From positions 1 to 64,000 of the forward strand of contig JAJYNW010000018.1 of NCBI GenBank assembly GCA_021786105.1: 64,000 nucleotides of DNA, given 5' to 3'. Made by a program: the position numbers and the translations under genes. Source of the stretch: a bacterium. GTDB lineage: Bacteria > Patescibacteriota > Microgenomatia > Daviesbacterales > UBA10151. Below the pieces are notes generated by a model. The model was not told the origin of the DNA, did no database searches, and worked only from the letters and a program-made list of their open reading frames with translations. Positions 58,398-64,000 of the stretch are shown one piece after another (the first letter of the stretch is position 1; each line of letters opens with the position of its first letter).

Positions 58398-58930
58398 CTT
58401 TTAGATATATTCCAAAAGTAGCGGAAATTGTTTATATTTTTCACTAGCTTCCAAGTTAAAATGTTTTTCTCCTGCATGATTTTACTCTGCCTGATACCAC
58501 AATCATAAGGATCGTTATCAGAAGCAAAAAAGAAGAAATTCTGACACGAATCTTTAATCTTATTCCAGTTAAAAGGAATTTTTAACAAATCTGCTTTATA
58601 TTTGGATAATTCCGGAATACTTCCTTTATCAGCAAATCCGGCAACTAAAATCGCCTTATCGATTCTTTTACCAGGAGGTAGCTTTTCTAAAATTCTTAGG
58701 ATTAGTGTGGCGCCGGACGAATGTCCCACTATTACTGACTCTTGATTAAAATCCCAATCTTTATTGGCAAAAACTGTGTCCAACCAATCTTCTAAAATTG
58801 GCGTCTCAGAATTAGGCAAATCAGGAGACCAAACTTGATAGCCCTTCTCCGCTAAAACCCATTTCAGCCAAGGGAACCAATTGCCGGAAGAATTATTTCC
58901 CGCTCCATGTAAAATTAAAATATTTTTCAT
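58394..58930 (-). pseudogene. RBBP9/YdeN-family alpha/beta hydrolase, frameshifted before the catalytic His
   Basis: ILHG, WFPWL, VGHSSG and SDNDPY present; HFNLEASEKYKQFPLLLEYI* lies in another frame at 58463-58401. Confidence 0.75.
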
Positions 58931-59253
58931 AACTCTTCTTCTCCTATTAACTGGTAAATTTCCAAGGGGATTTCTTCATAAGGATGAGAGGTTTTAATAG
59001 CCGTTACCACACTTTTCACTTTATCTTTTTGACAAATTACTTCAATTCTTTCTTCCTCTACTTCTTCCAATTTACCAATTTCCCCAATGGTTGGATGCGC
59101 TCCTTCTCCTGGAATAAATCTACCAATACCTTTGGTAGAAAAAGAAGCATGATGATAATTTCCCAGCACTCCGGCCCCGGCATCGCCCATGGCAATTCTG
59201 ACTTTTTGAGCATCTGCCACCGGTACAAATGTCACAATTTTAACCATTTCCAT
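58927..59253 (-). CDS. YqfO/NIF3-related PII-like small protein
   Basis: KIVTFVP, AGAG.LGNY...SF...G.GRF.P..GA.P.IG and SHPYEE motifs. Confidence 0.88.
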   Translation of the reverse strand: MEMVKIVTFVPVADAQKVRIAMGDAGAGVLGNYHHASFSTKGIGRFIPGEGAHPTIGEIGKLEEVEEERIEVICQKDKVKSVVTAIKTSHPYEEIPLEIYQLIGEEEL

Positions 59254-59256
59254 AAA

Positions 59257-60570
59257 TCATTGACCGCTTGGCACCGGTTGCGATTTAGTGTATTTATCCA
59301 GCACCTGCTTAACTCCTTTATCAACTGTTTGCAAGGCAGCTGCCGGATCAGTTCCGGCCAAAGTGGCATTAATACCATCTTCAAAATATTTAATCATTTC
59401 ATCATTCATGCCGTTATCAAAAGTGTTGGAAGATAAATACCAGAATTTATAAATTGGCCCTTGGGTGACAAAAGCACCTACAATCGGGTCGCTGGCCAGT
59501 TCATTTGATAAACTGGCTAAAGAATAAGGCTCCCCAAATAATCTTACTTGCGCCGCTTGTTGGTAGGCCAACTTCTCTGTTTCAACCGAGGTTAAGAACT
59601 TGATGAATTTCCAGGCTTCTGCCGGGTTTTGCGATTTGGCAGATACAACTTGGCCCCAAAAAGTGGCCCAATCAACATTTTTCCCGGACAGTTGCGGCAC
59701 CGGCGCCACTTTAAATTTTAAATCAGGATTAGCCACCCGCAATTCATGTGCCCGCCAGGAAGGGGCAAAGTAAAAACCTAAACGTCCTTGGGCAAACATG
59801 TCCGTGGATTTTGGCATATTTACATCCCAGGTCTTTTTCCGGGGATCTGTGACAAAACCGGTATAAAACTGCAGCACTTCTGCTGCCTGCGGGGAAGCCA
59901 GATTATTAAAATCCACCCCCGGTTGCTGCAAAAGAAGCAATCCTAAAATATCTGACCAGTGATCCACGTTGCCCGCCGTTCCCAAAGCCGCTCCGGCAGT
60001 TTGAAGATTACCGGCGGTGTCTTTGACAGTCATTTTAGTCGCCTCATCCATAAATTCCTGCCAATTTTTCGGCGGGGTGCCGCCAATGGCATTTAGCATT
60101 TCCTCATTGTAAAAAAGTGCCAGGCCGTCTACTTCCATGGGTGCACCAAGGATGACATTCCCTTTTACAAAACTATCGGCAGCCACTGGATAAAAGGCAC
60201 TCTTATATTCCGGCACAGCAAAAACGTCGGCAGGAGCGGGAGCTAGATCATATTGGAACATCGGCAGCCAGGAGTTATGGATCATAAATACATCCGGCCC
60301 TACCCCGGCCCGAATTTGGGTTTGAACGCGGGTCCGGTAATTAACCGAAGATTGCCGTTCGTAATTGATCACAATATTGGGGTGCTGGTTTTGGTATTGG
60401 GCAATTAACGGTTTAATTAAATTATCATCTTCCCATAAACCCCAATAAGTCAAAGTTATCGGGCCTTGTGGTTTGGATTTGTTAAAAAGGGAAATACTGG
60501 GCCCAAACTTCCAAAAGACAAACCCCAGCACAATACTCAAACTCAAAGCGATGATAATCACGCGTTTCAT
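59257..60570 (-). CDS. Extracellular solute-binding protein (sugar-type, family 1)
   Basis: ITLTYWG, GPDVF, LALFYNEEML, PPKNWQEF and AWKFIKFL motifs. Confidence 0.9.
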   Translation of the reverse strand: MKRVIIIALSLSIVLGFVFWKFGPSISLFNKSKPQGPITLTYWGLWEDDNLIKPLIAQYQNQHPNIVINYERQSSVNYRTRVQTQIRAGVGPDVFMIHNSWLPMFQYDLAPAPADVFAVPEYKSAFYPVAADSFVKGNVILGAPMEVDGLALFYNEEMLNAIGGTPPKNWQEFMDEATKMTVKDTAGNLQTAGAALGTAGNVDHWSDILGLLLLQQPGVDFNNLASPQAAEVLQFYTGFVTDPRKKTWDVNMPKSTDMFAQGRLGFYFAPSWRAHELRVANPDLKFKVAPVPQLSGKNVDWATFWGQVVSAKSQNPAEAWKFIKFLTSVETEKLAYQQAAQVRLFGEPYSLASLSNELASDPIVGAFVTQGPIYKFWYLSSNTFDNGMNDEMIKYFEDGINATLAGTDPAAALQTVDKGVKQVLDKYTKSQPVPSGQ

Positions 60571-60607
60571 CTTTGTAAATTATACCTCAAAACAGTACAA
60601 TATCGGC

Positions 60608-62389
60608 GTGGCTAAAGCGAAGAAAAAGCTCCCCTTTCAAATCCTTAAAAAAAACCTACTGCCGATTATTTTATCCGTCCTGCTTTTTATCCTAATAATT
60701 ATTACTTACCTGATAACCATCTCAGATAAATATTATCCTTTAACTTTTGTCGGGGATACCAACATTTCTTTTTTAACCGAGGGCCAAGCCATTAAATTAG
60801 TCCAGGCCAATTTCCAAAAAAGGGCCAGGCAGAAATTAAGCTTCACTCTTTCCACCGGCTCGGCCTCAGCTTTTACCATTGACTTGGCCACCAGCTCGGC
60901 TGCCTTGGATTATACTGCCCTGGATAAAAATTTCCAGATTAACCATAATGTCTCTTTCTGGCATCAAGCCCAGGCTCAACTCCAAACCCTGTTCGCCCCT
61001 GCAGAAATCGATCCGGAAATCACTTTGTCTTTGGAAAGACAACTTGATACCATTGCCTCAGCAGTTAATCAGGAACCGCAAAATGCAGAGTTAATCTTTA
61101 ACGAAACACCTGAATCACCAGACAGCACTCCTTCTGCCTCAATTAAAATCAAAGAGGGTGTCGACGGCCGGTCGCTGGATAAAAATACCGCAGAAAAGTT
61201 AATTAAGGAATTTTTGTTAACCGGTAAATGCTCGCCTCTGCTGCCTTTGAAATCCACTCCACCCAAGATTACTACTGACCAAGTCAATCAGGCTAAAGAA
61301 GCTCTAGAAGCAGTCATCAAAGTACCGATTAAATTAACGTTTGCGGATAAAACATTTGTTTTAGACGCCAAACAACTACTGACCCTTTTGGATTTAACTA
61401 AGGGAGAAAATTCCCTTTTGGACCGGGACCAAACCTACATTTATTTGAAAAGTATTGCCCAGGAAATTGACCAAAATGTCCAGGAGGGTTTATTTGAATT
61501 TGATCCAACCACTAAAAGAGTTTCGGCTTTCCGTCCCTCCAGTGAAGGCCGGAAATTAGACATCAATAAAACAGTGGATCTTTTAAATGATGCTTTAACC
61601 GGCTCCTCGACTAAAACTATTACCTTGCCGGTTGAGGTTGTCAAACCTAAAATTGAAACTTCTGATGTTAACAAATTAGGAATTAAAGAGTTATTGGGCC
61701 GGGGAGTTTCTAATTTTGCCGGGTCAATCGACAACCGGATTTATAACGTGAGACTGACTGCTTCCAAAATCAATGGCGTGCTAATTGCTCCTGGTGATAC
61801 TTTTTCTTTTAACCAAACAGTCGGCGATATTTCCGCCGCCACCGGTTTCAAACAAGCTTATGTGATTAAAGAAGGCCGGACAGTTTTAGATGACGGCGGA
61901 GGAGTCTGCCAGGACTCCACCACCCTGTTTCGGGCAGTGTTAAATGCCGGCTTACCGGTAATCCAAAGAACCGCCCACGCTTACCGGGTCGGTTATTACG
62001 AACAAGGCTTTCCGCCGGGCTTGGATGCCACAGTATTTTATCCCAGTGTCGATTTCCAATTTAAAAATGACACTGCCAACCACATTTTAATCCAGGCCTA
62101 TACTGTTGGCACCACGCTATATTTTGATTTATACGGCACTTCTGATGGCAGAACAGTAAGTTTAACCCGGCCGGTAATCACCAACCAAACGCCCCCACCC
62201 CCTGAGCTGCGCCAGGACGACCCGACTCTACCCAAAGGCACAGTTAAACAAGTGGACTGGTCAGCTTGGGGCGCCACTGTTACTTTTAAAAGAACTGTGA
62301 CCAAAAATGGTCAGGTAATCGCCAATGAAACCTGGAAATCTGCCTATAAACCATGGCAGGCTGTCTTTTTAGTAGGGACAAAGGAATAG
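60608..62389 (+). CDS. VanW-family protein with peptidoglycan-binding repeats
   Basis: NRIYNV, NGVLIAPGDTFSFNQTVG, GGGVCQDSTT, GLDATV and DFQFKND motifs; start placed at GTG 60608. Confidence 0.92.
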   Translation: MAKAKKKLPFQILKKNLLPIILSVLLFILIIITYLITISDKYYPLTFVGDTNISFLTEGQAIKLVQANFQKRARQKLSFTLSTGSASAFTIDLATSSAALDYTALDKNFQINHNVSFWHQAQAQLQTLFAPAEIDPEITLSLERQLDTIASAVNQEPQNAELIFNETPESPDSTPSASIKIKEGVDGRSLDKNTAEKLIKEFLLTGKCSPLLPLKSTPPKITTDQVNQAKEALEAVIKVPIKLTFADKTFVLDAKQLLTLLDLTKGENSLLDRDQTYIYLKSIAQEIDQNVQEGLFEFDPTTKRVSAFRPSSEGRKLDINKTVDLLNDALTGSSTKTITLPVEVVKPKIETSDVNKLGIKELLGRGVSNFAGSIDNRIYNVRLTASKINGVLIAPGDTFSFNQTVGDISAATGFKQAYVIKEGRTVLDDGGGVCQDSTTLFRAVLNAGLPVIQRTAHAYRVGYYEQGFPPGLDATVFYPSVDFQFKNDTANHILIQAYTVGTTLYFDLYGTSDGRTVSLTRPVITNQTPPPPELRQDDPTLPKGTVKQVDWSAWGATVTFKRTVTKNGQVIANETWKSAYKPWQAVFLVGTKE

Positions 62390-62525
62390 GTGTAAAGCTA
62401 TCTCACCCGGAGGGTGTAAACTTAAATGCACATTAATGCTACGGTCGTAATATTAATGTCAACAAATTGATACATTATAGAGGCAACTTTCTTCATCTAA
62501 ACAATTTTAGTGTATACTTAAAAAC

Positions 62526-63458
62526 ATGATTACCGTCACCGGCTCCCTGGCTTTTGATCACATTATGGATTATCCGGGGAAATTTTCCGATCACATCATG
62601 TCGGATAGAATTCATCAAATCAATCTGTCTTTTTTGGTCACCACTTTAAAAAAACAAAATGGCGGCACTGCCGGCAACATTGCCTATAACCTGGCCCTTC
62701 TTAAAACTCCGGTGTCTATTGTTGGGATGGCTGGAGTTGATTTTTTGGATTATGCCAAGTTTTTAGAAGAAGCCGGGGTGGATATTTCAAATATCCAAAC
62801 TGCGAAAAATAATTTAACCTCTTCGGCCTTCATTATGACCGATCAAACAGATAATCAAATTACCGCCTTTTATCCCGGCGCCATGGAAGATACCCATAAA
62901 TTATCTTTGGAAAGCATGGCGACTGATTTTGCCGTTATTTCTCCCAACAATCCCCAAGCCATGGTTAAGTTTGCGGCTGATTGCCAAAAGCAAGCCATCC
63001 CTTATATGCTAGACCCGGGTATGCAGCTGCCAGCCCTTTCTCCCGGCGATTTAAAAGACATGCTCAAAGGTGCCAAAATTTTAATCGGCAATGATTATGA
63101 AATTGCTTTGTTGAAAGAAAAGCTATTCTTATCTGACTCCCAGCTTTTAGACAAGGTCAAAATATTAATCACTACCTTAGGGGAAAAGGGTTCAGTAATT
63201 CAAACTAAAGACCAAACTTTACAAATCGATTCCGGCAAAGTTACCGAGGCTGTTGATCCCACCGGCGCCGGCGATGCTTATCGGGCCGGATTTTTGGCTG
63301 GTTTTACCAAAGGTTGGAATTTAAAGACTTGCGGGCAAATGGGATCAATTGCCGCTTGTTTCGCAGTCGAAAAATATGGTACAACTAGCCATACATTTTC
63401 TTTGGAAGAATTTAAAAAAAGATATCAAGAGAACTTTGGAGAAGACTTAAATTTATGA
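62526..63458 (+). CDS. PfkB-family kinase (adenosine kinase-like)
   Basis: GSLAFDHIM, GGTAGNIAYNL, DPG.Q, NDYE, TLGEKGS and DPTGAGDAYRAG motifs. Confidence 0.92.
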   Translation: MITVTGSLAFDHIMDYPGKFSDHIMSDRIHQINLSFLVTTLKKQNGGTAGNIAYNLALLKTPVSIVGMAGVDFLDYAKFLEEAGVDISNIQTAKNNLTSSAFIMTDQTDNQITAFYPGAMEDTHKLSLESMATDFAVISPNNPQAMVKFAADCQKQAIPYMLDPGMQLPALSPGDLKDMLKGAKILIGNDYEIALLKEKLFLSDSQLLDKVKILITTLGEKGSVIQTKDQTLQIDSGKVTEAVDPTGAGDAYRAGFLAGFTKGWNLKTCGQMGSIAACFAVEKYGTTSHTFSLEEFKKRYQENFGEDLNL

Positions 63459-64000
63459 AATCAGATGTAAAAGATCTAAAACTGGCGCCGAAAGGCAAAC
63501 TGCGGATTGAATGGGCTGGTTCCCAGATGAAAGTGTTGGAACTAATCAAAAAACGCTTTCAAAAAGAACAACCGCTCAAAGGGGTTAAACTGGGCGCTTG
63601 CCTGCACGTTACCGCTGAAACTGCCAACTTAATGATTGCTTTAAAGACAGGCGGAGCCGAGCTGTCTTTATGTGCCTCCAACCCTTTATCTACTCAAGAT
63701 GATGTGGCCGCCTCGCTCATCGAAGATTACAACATCCCCACTTATGCTATTAAAGGCGAGGATAAAGACACCTATTATAAACACCTAAACGAAGTCTTAG
63801 ATTTTAAACCGCAAATTACCATGGATGACGGGGCTGATTTAGTCACCCTTTTACACACCGAAAGGAAAGATCAACTCAAAGATGTCATTGGTTCCTCTGA
63901 GGAAACCACCACCGGCGTCATTAGACTGCATGCCATGTTCAAAGACGGTACCTTACAAATCCCAGTGATTGCCGTTAATGATTCCAACACCAAACATATG
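63455..64000 (+). CDS. ahcY: Adenosylhomocysteinase, 5' part (runs off the window edge)
   Basis: Manual translation: MKSDVKDLKLAPKGKLRIEWA...GACLHVTAETANL...ASNPLSTQDD...DDGADL...EETTTG; ATGA overlap with the kinase. Confidence 0.96.
   Translation, partial: MKSDVKDLKLAPKGKLRIEWAGSQMKVLELIKKRFQKEQPLKGVKLGACLHVTAETANLMIALKTGGAELSLCASNPLSTQDDVAASLIEDYNIPTYAIKGEDKDTYYKHLNEVLDFKPQITMDDGADLVTLLHTERKDQLKDVIGSSEETTTGVIRLHAMFKDGTLQIPVIAVNDSNTKHM

Noticed and set aside
1-64000. tRNA, rRNA, tmRNA genes or a defence island
   Set aside because: No cloverleaf or rRNA signature recognised by eye; the helicase-nuclease and TatD fit ordinary repair and housekeeping. A tRNAscan/cmscan run would be needed to exclude RNA genes fully.

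Overview
64 kb of mostly housekeeping DNA from a reduced bacterial genome. The short IF2, short DnaJ, pilN/pilO, FemX/LCP/VanW envelope genes and many orphans suggest Patescibacteria/CPR, Microgenomates-like (inference). Core content: nusA-infB, hrcA-grpE-dnaK-dnaJ, lepA, murJ, rpsT, tpiA, trxA, two UvrD-family helicases, metG, groES-groEL, murB and a partial ahcY. The window starts inside an IS200/IS605 transposase. The most striking observation is a free-standing LAGLIDADG endonuclease gene inserted into the extreme 5' end of lepA. The original start (MNIRNFSIIA*) is left upstream as a 33-bp stub, and a recoded replacement N-terminus overlaps the endonuclease stop, keeping lepA intact without splicing. 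Other notable signals: GTCA-tagged palindromic elements inserted in frame into several housekeeping proteins, a synonymous-recoded duplication with a hairpin in rpsT, a split PlsA/PlsR/Ger-like (ether lipid) activase cassette, orphan genes inside both chaperone operons, two multi-stem intergenic structures, in-frame 7-8-mer microrepeats, a 33-bp tandem array, two frameshifted genes and pervasive leaderless-type promoters. All calls come from reading motifs; no database searches were run.
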